Shown one piece after another: positions 1 through 9,939 of a stretch of 43,323 bases of DNA; position 1 is the stretch's first letter, and each line of letters begins with the position of its first letter. This stretch comes from Trichinella spiralis. Lineage: Eukaryota. A program made the position numbers and the translations under genes. The DNA lies in contig NW_003526943.1 in assembly GCF_000181795.1 (NCBI RefSeq), forward strand, positions 6,480,219 through 6,523,541, written 5' to 3'. Under the pieces are notes generated by a model. That model made no database searches. It was given only the letters and a program-made list of their open reading frames with translations, and was not told the origin of the DNA.

Positions 1-1286
1 GATATCATTTGTCATCAGGCAGTGGGTAAACTGATTTAACATGATCAATTATTATATTTGATAATTGATAAACAATATTAAATATTAATTTAAAAAAAGC
101 AAAAATAATATCATTAGTTGAGCTGTGTTTGCTTGGTTAAAAGTGGATTCCTAGATTTTTGTAATAAAGTATTGTTATGCTGAGTGATAATTTGTTTCAG
201 TTTTAAATAGATAATTTTAGTGATAAATAAATGCTTTCAATGGACATATTTCAATAATGTGTAAATTATTTTAGTAAACTGTCACTAGTAAAGGAGCTTG
301 TTGCCGGTGCTGGGGCCGGATTTTGCCAAATTGCTGTCACCACTCCAATGGAACTTTTAAAAATTCAGTTGCAAACTTCTGATTCTGCAGGCAAGTTTCG
401 TATTTGTTTATAAAAAATTTTTTTGTTCATTACACCGGCAGTGTGTAAGTTTGGACTAATTTAATCCAATTGTTACTTGTACTTGTACATTGTAGAGAAA
501 TTCCTTTATCCAATTTAAACAATTGTTCCCATGTTTTGTCTGCATGCACTGAAACATAGATTTAATAATTAAATTTTCTTTATAAACTTTTTAGCGAAAA
601 GTAAAAATCGTCTGAGCGCCACTAAAATAGCGTTGAATATTTTGCGAACGAAAGGCATCAGCGGATTATACAAAGGCACTGCAGCTACAATGGCCAGAGA
701 TGTTACATTTTCGGCAATTTATTTTCCACTGTTTGCTAATTTGAATTCTAAAGTAATAATTACTGTGCCGGCTTACAGTTTTTGCAAAATTGGCTATGTT
801 TACTGTGCTAGTATTTGGAATAAGCTGATTCTTGTTCAGGGTCCGAGAAAGAAGGATGGCAGTGGTGAAGCAGTTTTCTGGCATTCTTTCATCTGTGGCA
901 ATATAGCCGGTGCGACTGCATCTTTCGCTGTGACACCTTTGGATGGTAAATTCTGACTGGCGATAGGCTTGATTTGTGGTGATTTGAATTTTTATACTTT
1001 TTCTAGTCATCAAAACCCGTCTTCAATTGCTTCAGCAATCAAATAGCATTACACCACAGTATCGCGGTATTGTGGACGCATTCAGGTGAGCGTCGATTTC
1101 AGATAATTCAATTTTCAAATGCCTCTTATGAAATTGCTTTCATTATTATTCAGGCGCATCTTGTACGAAGAAGGTGTGACAGCGTTTTTCAAAGGTGCGG
1201 CTTGTCGTATGGCCGTTGTGGCACCGTTGTTCGGCATTGCCCAGACCATCTATTACATCGGTGTGGCGGAATGGTTGTTAAGCTGA
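1..1286 (+). CDS. SLC25A22: Mitochondrial glutamate carrier (SLC25A22/SLC25A18-like), 5'-partial. Exons <1-25, 275-390 (or 399), 595-752, 840-945, 1007-1085, 1154-1286
   Basis: Phase-consistent splicing gives [41 protein letters not shown]...[28 protein letters not shown]...VTPLDVIKTRLQ...[23 protein letters not shown]. It contains two PX[DE]XX[KR] carrier signatures. The RDVxFSxIYFPLFA and APLFGIAQ motifs are typical of glutamate carriers. Stop TGA at 1284-1286. Confidence 0.9.
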
Positions 1287-1477
1287 AATTACGGGATCTG
1301 ATTTGTTTCATCTTCTCTGTTGTTGTTGTTCACCATTTGTTAACATGAGCATAATTTATACATTTCGATATATGAAAAGTTTTAAAGAAAGCATCTCGAT
1401 CATCATCAATTCCACTGCCATAAACTGATCAATAAGTGGTTATGTTTGAAGAAAAAGACAAGGAACAGCAGAAAGTT

Positions 1478-3218
1478 TTATTCACAGTTCGATTTCATAT
1501 TAAAAATATTCAAAACTTTACTTTTCAAAATTTGAAGCTCTTTTCTAATCAACAATGGATTTCGCTGGTTCACAATGGTACGCTGGCGGTGATAATGCTT
1601 GTTAACAATTTTGAAAGCCGCTTTGATGGACTGCTTATTATCCGTCTCGCTTTGCGTGCGGTACAAAGTGGCCAGCAATTTCCTCAACGAGCTTATGCTG
1701 TCGACTTGATTGAAACGTAGTTGCAAATTTTTGATCCAACTGTGCAATTTCAGCTCTCCACTTCTACTACCACCAACCTTGCCGCCGCCGTTCAGCAGGT
1801 TCCTGAGTCGACATTTGAGCTTTTTGAATCTTTCTGACAATTTCGCTTTGTTCTTCCTTTTCAACTTGCACATCACCGACCATTGTTGGGATATCGACTT
1901 GGTCGCGTCGGTGAGCAACGCCATTTCCGCGTCGTCGGTCACTTTGCCCTGGTTCACCGCCTTACGACAACTGCGATACCAGCTTTTCAACGTTGCCAAC
2001 GATCTCACACCCTGAAGCTGAACAGACAACGCTTCGAAAGTTCCAACAGCGGTTCCTCCTGTTTGTCGATTCGCATCCATTTCATTGTTCAGCAAATTAG
2101 TGACCGTTCCTTCGATCGATTTCACGTATGCAGTCTCGTCGAACTGCTTGTGGGTCTGATTGAAACGACAAAGCTGATTCCAGCAGCGTTCCCGCCAGCC
2201 CCTGTCGACGTTGACCGAATCGTTCTTGCGCAACAAGTCTTCAATCAAGCTCAATTTTGCCAAATTTTCAGGCCAGTCAAGTTGAACCGGCGGTTCCGGA
2301 CCGGCGTAGTGGAATTCAGCGTCGCGCCATTTGGCCAGCAGCTTGTAGAGCTTTTCCAACAGACGTACATTTTTCACGCTTGCTTGGTAAAGAACCGCCG
2401 CCGAGCCGAGAAACAAGCTGCAAACATTGACAAAATGGCCCAACCCCATCAGCTGGCAACAAGACCAGCCCAACAGCACGCATTTGTTGCCAACGTCGGC
2501 CCAGTTGATTGCCGAAGCGACCACAACTGCCATACTGTACGTCCAACAGTGCGCGGAAGGAGCGTATACCGTATCGTCGGCAGATCGTTTCACACTGTCG
2601 ACGAATTCACGAAGAACCTGCGAAGGAAAATAACCAAATCACCAATCGAAATATCTCCATTCATCAGAATAAATGTAAATTTGAAAATTAGTACAATTTT
2701 GCAAAAACAACTTTAAATAATAATACAAATCTTTAATATTTTTCATTGTAAATAAATTCAAATTCATTAAGACAAAATTTTTTCAACAAAGAACAGTAAA
2801 GCTGTATCACCTAATCCTATCACATCATACCATTTATAATTTCAAAATAGTACATGCAAATCATTAAACTGTAAGCATTTTTTCCTAAACTTAAACAACT
2901 CACATTTAAACAGTCCATGTTTTCCAATTTCAAAAGTGAGCTCATTAGCTGCCGCGCACGCTGGTATGTTTGAAAGTGGCCTAACGGTTTGGCAAGTTTT
3001 TTTGTCAGCTTTTGCAGAACGTAGACTTCTATTGACTTGAAGATAGTTTCCAAATTCGACGTTTCCTGAGATTGTAAATACCCGGTCAAGCAAGCTTTCA
3101 AGCCGGTGAGATCTAACGCACGATGTTCAGCTGATGAATACGTGCACGTGGAAAGAACTGGCGATTTGTGAAGAATCTTCTCCAACTCATTTTCAAATAC
3201 TGTTGTTGTTTGTTCCAT
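1478..3218 (-). CDS. Uncharacterised ~484-aa membrane protein, possibly divergent vezatin-like. Exons 3218-2904 and 2617-1478
   Basis: Two minus-strand ORFs join in phase 0 via donor AAT|GTGAGT (2903) and acceptor TTTTCCTTCGCAG|GTT (2618), giving ...DCLN-VLREFVDSVKRSADD.... Two adjacent hydrophobic segments (CWTYSMAVVVASAINW; CVLLGWSCCQLMGLGHFVNVCSLFLG) precede a helical, basic C-terminus. The gene model is well supported; the family identity is tentative. Confidence 0.7.
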
Positions 3219-3629
3219 GCCTGCGCGGATAAATAAATTTACTTAACACATATCACCATTTCCGTTCAATGAAAGGGTCATGTTCAAAAATTTTCTGATC
3301 AAAAAATCTTCACACAATCGTAGGATAATTCAAGTTGACAAACAGAATCAAAAAAACAATTTGACAGACCGCTGACTTGTACGGTGTTGTTTATAAATGC
3401 TACAGTAAGATTTTATGAAATTTGAAAATAAAGCATGGGCGTTGTGAGCACTATATTAGAGATGTTTGCAAAAGTCATATTCTGGCATTGATTTGGATAA
3501 AAATTTAAATTTATGCACATTCGTTTATTTATTTATTGGAACTCAACTTTTTTTATACTGTAATATTTCAAAGATATCTCTCAATTTATATGGGTCAAAT
3601 GTAATTTTCGTTGAAAATATTTTTAATCG

Positions 3630-4211
3630 ATGGAGTTAACTTTCAAAATAAAAGATGATTCATTTATTGAATTAATAGAAAAAGCATTGTATGAATTCGA
3701 CGATTTGACAACTGGCGAACGTTTAGATTTGCAAGAAGTGAAAGAGGGAAAATGCAGTTGCACTTTGCGTGTATTGAAATTGCTGAAGAGGCGTTTTCCT
3801 TCCGAAGTTTCAATCTGCAAATGGTTGCAGTCGGGTGATATAATTTTGCCCACACTGCCCAAGAGGGAACGGAATCCGGAATTGGAAGCTCGAATTCAAA
3901 AGTTGAAAAAGGAACAAGAACAACGTGAATACGATCGAATGACCAGCAATGTGGACGTGGTGCAGTTGCACAGGCAACGCAACAAGTTCGGCTCTTTTCA
4001 ACAAGATTTGGCTATTCTGAACCGGCAGCTTATTATAATACTGAACACACTGCTTACTGTGATTTGCTCATTTCTTTTCGGTTTCTATTCTGTACAATTT
4101 GTTTCCCCTTCATCGGACTATACTCTTCGTGTTGCTGTTGGATTGCTATTTGCAGTTGTTGTTTTTCTGTCTGACATGTATTTTATTATTAAGACTTGTG
4201 CAAATTCATAG
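3630..4211 (+). CDS. TMEM199: V-ATPase assembly factor TMEM199 (Vma12/Vph2 homolog), intronless, 193 aa
   Basis: The hallmark RNPELEARIQKLKKEQEQREYDRMTSNV segment is followed by two C-terminal TM helices (LIIILNTLLTVICSFLFGFY; VAVGLLFAVVVFLSDMYFII). Confidence 0.9.
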   Translation: MELTFKIKDDSFIELIEKALYEFDDLTTGERLDLQEVKEGKCSCTLRVLKLLKRRFPSEVSICKWLQSGDIILPTLPKRERNPELEARIQKLKKEQEQREYDRMTSNVDVVQLHRQRNKFGSFQQDLAILNRQLIIILNTLLTVICSFLFGFYSVQFVSPSSDYTLRVAVGLLFAVVVFLSDMYFIIKTCANS

Positions 4212-4897
4212 CCACTTGAAACTTGTTATGAGCACTGCAAAGGGTAATTTTGTACACTAATTTGTTATTATACACGTCATTCTTTTCAATTACTTTGCAA
4301 TAAACGGTGAATCATTTTCTGCGCAGAGTAGTTTATTTTGAAAAAGTGTGGTAAATGAAAAATAACTACAGAGATCAAGTGATTTTAAAAACTGCAGAAC
4401 AGAACGCAAAGCAAGCTTGCTGTACACAACGTAGAAATGCATATTTTTGAAAGCAGCTGTTGATGCTTAAATTGGCGTGAATATTTTCAATATGCATAAT
4501 TTCTTACTTGGTGATGTAGTTATGATAAAGATATTTTAAGAAAGTAAAACAAAATTTACAACACAAATTATTTTTACCGTGAAAAAATTAATGACTTTGT
4601 AAATTATGATTTTTTTTATCAGTAACTTTATTACTGATGGTATTATCTTTATCTACCTTTAATTCATACAAGTTTGAGGAACATTTAGTTTAAAATGAAA
4701 AGGTTTAAAATTAAAACTTCATTTACTTTAAAGTGATTAAAAATTCCGTTGAAATATATTTTAACAGTAACACTTATCAATTTAATATTCATTTTTGTAG
4801 ACTTCTGTCGAACGGTGAATTTTTATCTTTACATTAACCCGTTTCAAGTATATTGTAAAAGTGAATTGAACGAATATTGCTTTCAGATTGCATCGAA

Positions 4898-6924
4898 ATG
4901 GCTCACAACTTAACACAGGAGCAATGTGAAGAGAAAGAAGCACCATCTCCCAAGCGATCATTATTTGCAAAAACGCTGAATGAATATTACAAGGAGAAAA
5001 TTTTGCCGGTAGAAGTGTGCATCAATTTCGACTTGTACTGTTCACTTCCGTTGCTCGACTGCGAATTTTCTTGCAATCCGACAATTCTGTTCCTTGGTCA
5101 GCATTCGGTTGGCAAAACTTCGATGATTCGTTTCCTTCTCAACACCGATTATCCAGGGATGCGCATCGCGCCGGAACCGAGCAACGATATCTTCAACATC
5201 ATCATCTACGGCAACGATGCGCGCATCATTCCTAGCAACATCATGATCAACAGTACGAATTTCCCTTTTCCAGGTTGGTTTTCCGAAGCAGAATATTATC
5301 TTAATTTCTTATTAGATTTGTTATTTGAAAAAATGCTAACGATATGTCTAACGATTGCCAGGTTTGACTCAGTTTAGCAATCAGTGTTTGAAAAAATGCG
5401 TCGTCGTCAGTTGCCCAGTTCCACTGTTGAAGCATGTGACCATCATTGATACGCCGGGAATTTTGGAAAATTCACTGCAGCCACAAGGTCCGACGGAATT
5501 TGAACAAATGATTCGCTATTTTTCCGGCAAAGTGGATCGTATACTGTTAATGTTCGATGCACTTCGCTTTGATCTATCTGAATCGATGAATCGTCTGTTG
5601 TATATATTGCAGCCGTTTGAAGACAAAATTTTGGTAACAACAACAACAATAACAGTTGTAGATGTTGAATTTGAAAATAATTATTAAAATGGTTTTTTAT
5701 TATTATTTTTAGTTAATTTTGAACAAAGGAGATACGTGCGATCCGATAGCGTTGAGCCACGTCAGGTCGGCTTTGATTTGGTCGATGAGTCGCAAATTGC
5801 ATTCTGTCGACATGCCCAAAGTTTACGTAGGCTCTTTCTGGGATAAGCCGCTTCGCAGTGTGGTCCATCAGCAGCTTTTTCAAGCAGACTTGAGTCGTCT
5901 TTTTGAAGAACTTCGTTGCTTGCCAAGGACAACTAATATCCGTCGACTAAAAGACGTGCTCAAACGTGCCAACCAGGTATGTGGCTGCATCTTCTTCAAC
6001 AGTATTCATTTTTTAAACAGTTCAATTTTTGAATAATTGCATTTGTCCATTCATTGAGGTTCTGCTTTTTGCCACTTTGACCAACAAAATGCACCGCATG
6101 CGCTACTTTGCCGGTTGCATTCCGAAAATGAAGAGAAGAACACTTGCCAAAATCGTTTCCAATGAAGTCTATCCGAAATTGATAAATGTGCTCCATTTAC
6201 AAAGCCACGATTTGCCAACTATGGATCTAATGTACAGCCTGATGTTGAGAGATATTTGGATTTTCAAAAAAGTCAGCAAAAGAGATTTTCAGCAACTTAG
6301 AGATTTTTTGCACAACGACATGACGCATCTGTTGGAAATTTTACGTGCTGAAGTGCCGGTATGATAGCGCAGTTGAATATTTTCCTATTTGGTCTTTTTT
6401 TGGTTTTCAAACTTAATATTTTATTTTATAAGGAAAAAATTCCATGCGGTCGCTTGCAAGATCCACTGCTTAATCGAGATTGGGAAGATTGCGAGTGGAG
6501 CGTGGTGAATGAAGAGGCGGAAAAGCAAGGCTGGAGAAGCGAATTCCATCTGCTCGGTCCAAAGAAAGGTCTGCTTCATGCGGTGCAACTGATTGATACG
6601 TTGCAGAAATGTGGCCTGCCAATGATGGTACTGGATCAGATTTGGCGTCTGGTAGATCAGGATAATGACAACATGATCAACGAAGATCAGTTCTGCTTGG
6701 TCAAATACTTGATCAACAGAACTTTGAGAGGACGACCTGTACCAAGCGAACTGCCAAATTGTATGCTGCCTCCGCAATCCCAGGACAATTCTTGCGCATG
6801 CAACAAAGCAGAAATAGAAATGGAAGATAGCGTCAGTAATGACGAACCATATCCCACTGAGCAGTGTTCTACACCGCACAAGCAATTGTGCTTTTTCCAG
6901 AGCCATGAGAAAAATGAGGAATAA
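4898..6924 (+). CDS. Divergent EH-domain-containing dynamin-like ATPase (EHD/RME-1 family). Exons 4898-5273, 5362-5633, 5713-5976, 6059-6358, 6433-6924
   Basis: P-loop GQHSVGKT, YPGMRIAPEP, G3 IIDTPGIL, G4 LNKGD and VYVGSFWDKPL all match EHD motifs. The C-terminal EH domain has an EF-hand (LDQIWRLVDQDNDNMINEDQFCLVKYLI...PSELPNCMLPP). Intron phases are consistent. Confidence 0.9.
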
Positions 6925-7348
6925 ATCAAATCAAGTGGAACAATATTTCATTTATTTAAAACGTATAACTGAACATTTATTTCAATATTATTATTAATCT
7001 GTACAGAATTATGTCATTGAAATGTTTAACAAACTAAACTGGATGAATGGATAAACTGTTTAATAATAAAATAATAAATTGTTAATATATATTCTTTTCA
7101 AAGAAATTACTTGGGACTTGAGGACTGCGGTTAATAATGCTCGCTCATTGCGTGTGTTTAATATTCATTTTTGATTTAATACTCTTGCAGGCCAAGACCA
7201 CATCGGCTCTGTGCACACAGGCGGACATTCAAATAGGATTTGAGCGCACAGGCAAGTCAGTATCTGCTGACCATGCACTGGTGGCTGATCTTACATATTA
7301 CATTGCAAAATACTCCGCATTGCATTACAAAATTTTACTGTCTAAGAA

Positions 7349-7640
7349 TTAAAACATTTTATTAGTACATACTGCAGAATTGTGGCATGCACTGCTGCAA
7401 GAAAGCTCTTTGGTACCACATTGACTGACATCCTTTTGTACAATTGCACCTTGTAGCAGGCGCATTATTGTCTGCCTTCGCAGCAGTACGCAGACCCATA
7501 GTTTCTTCAGGCACATCTTGCTTGAAATGACAGTAAAGCCTGCCGTACTGTTGGAAATGCTTGGTCTCTCGTAATATTAAGCATTACTTTTGCTACCTGT
7601 ATATAAACCAAAACTGCTTCCGTCCAAGCTTGTCTCCCAT
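7349..7640 (-). mobile_element. Degenerate C-terminal fragment of a KRBA2/Ginger-type integrase-transposase (Cys-rich tail)
   Basis: The minus strand reads QDVPEETMGLRTAAKADNNAPATRCNCTKGCQS, then after a frameshift LSCSSACHNSAVCTNK. This resembles the CxCxxxC...CxSxCH...CxNK tail of these elements. Stops and frameshifts lie upstream. Confidence 0.6.
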
Positions 7641-7739
7641 TTGAAATTTGTTTCGTTGAGCTTGCGGTGGTCAACGTCAAGCGGACCATAGTCAGTTGCC
7701 TCTCGGGCAGGTCGTGTGTTGGTCGAACATGCGTCCAGG

Positions 7740-8230
7740 TTGAACCTCAGCTGCATCTTCAGCCAGTTGACGCGCCTTCATGAGTGTTAACAATCCACAC
7801 AGGCAGGTTCTCTGTGGATCTCTCTCTCCACGCTACGCCGCAGATGAAACGCACAACCAACTCGTTCTCTGATTTTCCGGCCCTGCGTCCCATCTCAGCC
7901 ACCCAACTTGTGCGAACTCTCGTATCCACTGGTTCTGTCGTTGTCGTAGGCCGTCAAAATCCATTACTAGACTGATCGGGGTCTCGCCATGGCCGTAGGG
8001 GTGTCCAGGACACGGCGTTTTAGCTCCTCCCTTGCTTATCGTCTCGAACGGATCTTGGCAGGAAAAGCTCGCGTCGGACAGCGTCATTCATGAAGAGACG
8101 GGCGCTGGCGGCTTGACGCGACGACGGTATGCCGGTCACATAGAAGAAGTATTCTGGTTTTTCGGTGCTGTCCATTTCTCGTTGTAGGCAGGCGGTGGGC
8201 CGTATTTCGGTTTTTTTGTGCAATTTCCCT
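7740..8230 (-). mobile_element. Ty3/Gypsy gag relic (frameshifted)
   Basis: GC-rich island. Minus-strand frames join as REMD...FFYVTGIPSSRQAASARLFMNDAVRRELF / LVMDFDGLRQRQNQWIREFAQ / VAEMGRRAGKSENELVVRFICGV / LTLMKARQLAEDAAEV. This fits the retrotransposon-gag pattern with the Q..E/Q.i.eF major-homology-like region. Confidence 0.65.
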
Positions 8231-8937
8231 GAAAGGGCTGCATTGCAACGGGCGGATGTAAGAAATGTTCGTTGGTTCCATGCAATCAGTTCCTGGTTTT
8301 GCACGTTTACCAGTCTTTGAAAAGAACCGGCTACTATGAGACTAAATGGTTGATTGATTCGTTCATCGTTGAGCAAAGACTCAGTCTTCCGATCTTATTC
8401 GGCTTTCCAGCTGGAAGATCCTCTGAGACTCTCTATATCTTTTGAGCTGAAAATAATGTTTGAATAATTCAATAAAACTACATTGAATAATTCATACCAG
8501 AGTCATGATCGAGTTGCATTTTTCCATGGATACAACTAAAGTACTGTTGGCTTTCTTGTTTGTAACCCTTTTCATACTGGTCATCTTCGTTTTAGCACAA
8601 CAGCATCAGCTGTGCACAATTTATCATTTCCATTTGAACTAAAATCGCCTTTACCAATTCATCTGATGTGACGAGAGACGAGAATAATTTCTGACAGAAA
8701 CCCATGTGTTAAGAAATCTTTAGTTCAAACTTGAAGATTTCTTAACACCATGCATCATATTTATCAAACTCATAGAACAAAGTCGTATTATGTGTAAATG
8801 ACGGAAACAAGCAAGGCAGTGAAAATTTCGCCCGAAGTGGACCATCCACAATTATCATTATCGTGAGGTAAACATAAACAAATAACCGCTAACGCAAGGT
8901 CAGAAGAAACTGCGCAAGGCTGCAGGTACTTAGTCGA

Positions 8938-9003
8938 CTCCAGTCGTCTTTGTGCACACAGGATAAATGAATGGTTTCCCGTGTGCACGAAGACGGTCTG
9001 GGT
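8938..9003. ncRNA. Candidate pre-miRNA-like hairpin
   Basis: CGTCTTTGTGCACACAGGA (8945-8963) pairs with TCCCGTGTGCACGAAGACG (8977-8995). On the + strand 18 of 19 positions pair, including one G-U. The loop is 13 nt, and the stem extends via CCAG/CTGG. Confidence 0.4.
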
Positions 9004-9722
9004 ACTTTACCTACAAAAGTAGCATTTCAGAAATTCAAGTATGAATTTAAAAAATGACAAAAAATGACATAATTTGATGCATAAAATTCAGCGTACCAAC
9101 TACAGAACTTTCGAAAAGGTTTTCGGATCAATAAAGTCGAACAGACCAAGCGACTGCGCAACCAAACCGGTTGTCTAATCGGTCGTCTGAGATTTGGACT
9201 ACCGTACGCCGAGACGGGTCAAGCAATACGAGTGAGTTTAAATATGAGACGAACACGAGAGATAAAAACTTGCTTATCTGAACAAATGAACTGTTCATTC
9301 GCTGCCATCTCACTGTCTATCCTTGCTTGAATTGATTAAATCGGATCACATCACATACCATGTAATCGATTAACCTTCTATAAATAGGATATACAGTACA
9401 CTACTAAAAGACATTCAAGTTCTATCAGAAAGATTTTTCAACCGTGTTTTCAAAAGTAATATAAGAAAAAATTTAACAAAAGCACATTTATATCAAATTA
9501 AAATTAGACAATCCATTAGTATACATTTTTTTAATATGTAAATGAAATAAGTTAAATATAAAATTAATCTCTTGAAATTACCTGTTTCAATAAAATAAAA
9601 GCCACATTAAAAGTATTCATATTTTGATAGCATAGAAATAGAAGCATTTTCAAGGAATCAATTACAAAATCATCTTATAAATGGAAATTTTTTACAATCA
9701 TGGGCAAAAATGGAATATCATT

Positions 9723-9744
9723 ACAAAACCCAATATTTTATTAC
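9723..9744 (+). promoter_or_regulatory. Putative proximal sequence element (PSE) of SL RNA gene A
   Basis: ACAAAACCCAATATTTTATTAC starts at -64 from the leader and is 21/22 identical to the element at -63 of gene B. The spacers between element and leader are dissimilar in the two genes. Confidence 0.7.
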
Positions 9745-9786
9745 GGTAAGTTTTGTATAGTACGCACCTGATCTGATGTGTTTGTT

Positions 9787-9880
9787 AGGTATTTACCGAA
9801 TTAAAAAGGTAAATATTTCTATTCTGACACGTGAGTGTCTGACAATTTTTGTCCTAGGATTTTGGGGAATCCGAAATCCG
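9787..9880 (+). ncRNA. Spliced-leader (SL) RNA gene A; leader AGGTATTTACCGAATTAAAAAG
   Basis: The 22-nt leader (9787-9808) ends in AAG|GTAAAT with the donor paired in stem I (GGTATTTACC/GGTAAATATT). Stem II is GACAC-GTGA-GTGTC, the Sm site AATTTTTG is at 9844-9851, and stem III is GGATTTTGG/CCGAAATCC. This is the canonical nematode SL RNA layout. Confidence 0.9.
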
Positions 9881-9939
9881 TTATCTTTCCTTGAGATTAG
9901 GTATTCAGTTTCTAGAAGATTAATTATTCCATTATTAAA

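Noticed and set aside
1883..2716. 277-aa + strand ORF
   Set aside because: It is the antisense shadow of the spliced minus-strand gene, has a non-ATG start and shows no motifs.
9787..9880. Considered as U4/U5 snRNA or a MITE
   Set aside because: It has no U4/U6 pairing region or U5 loop and no TIR/TSD. The leader-donor-Sm layout fits an SL RNA.
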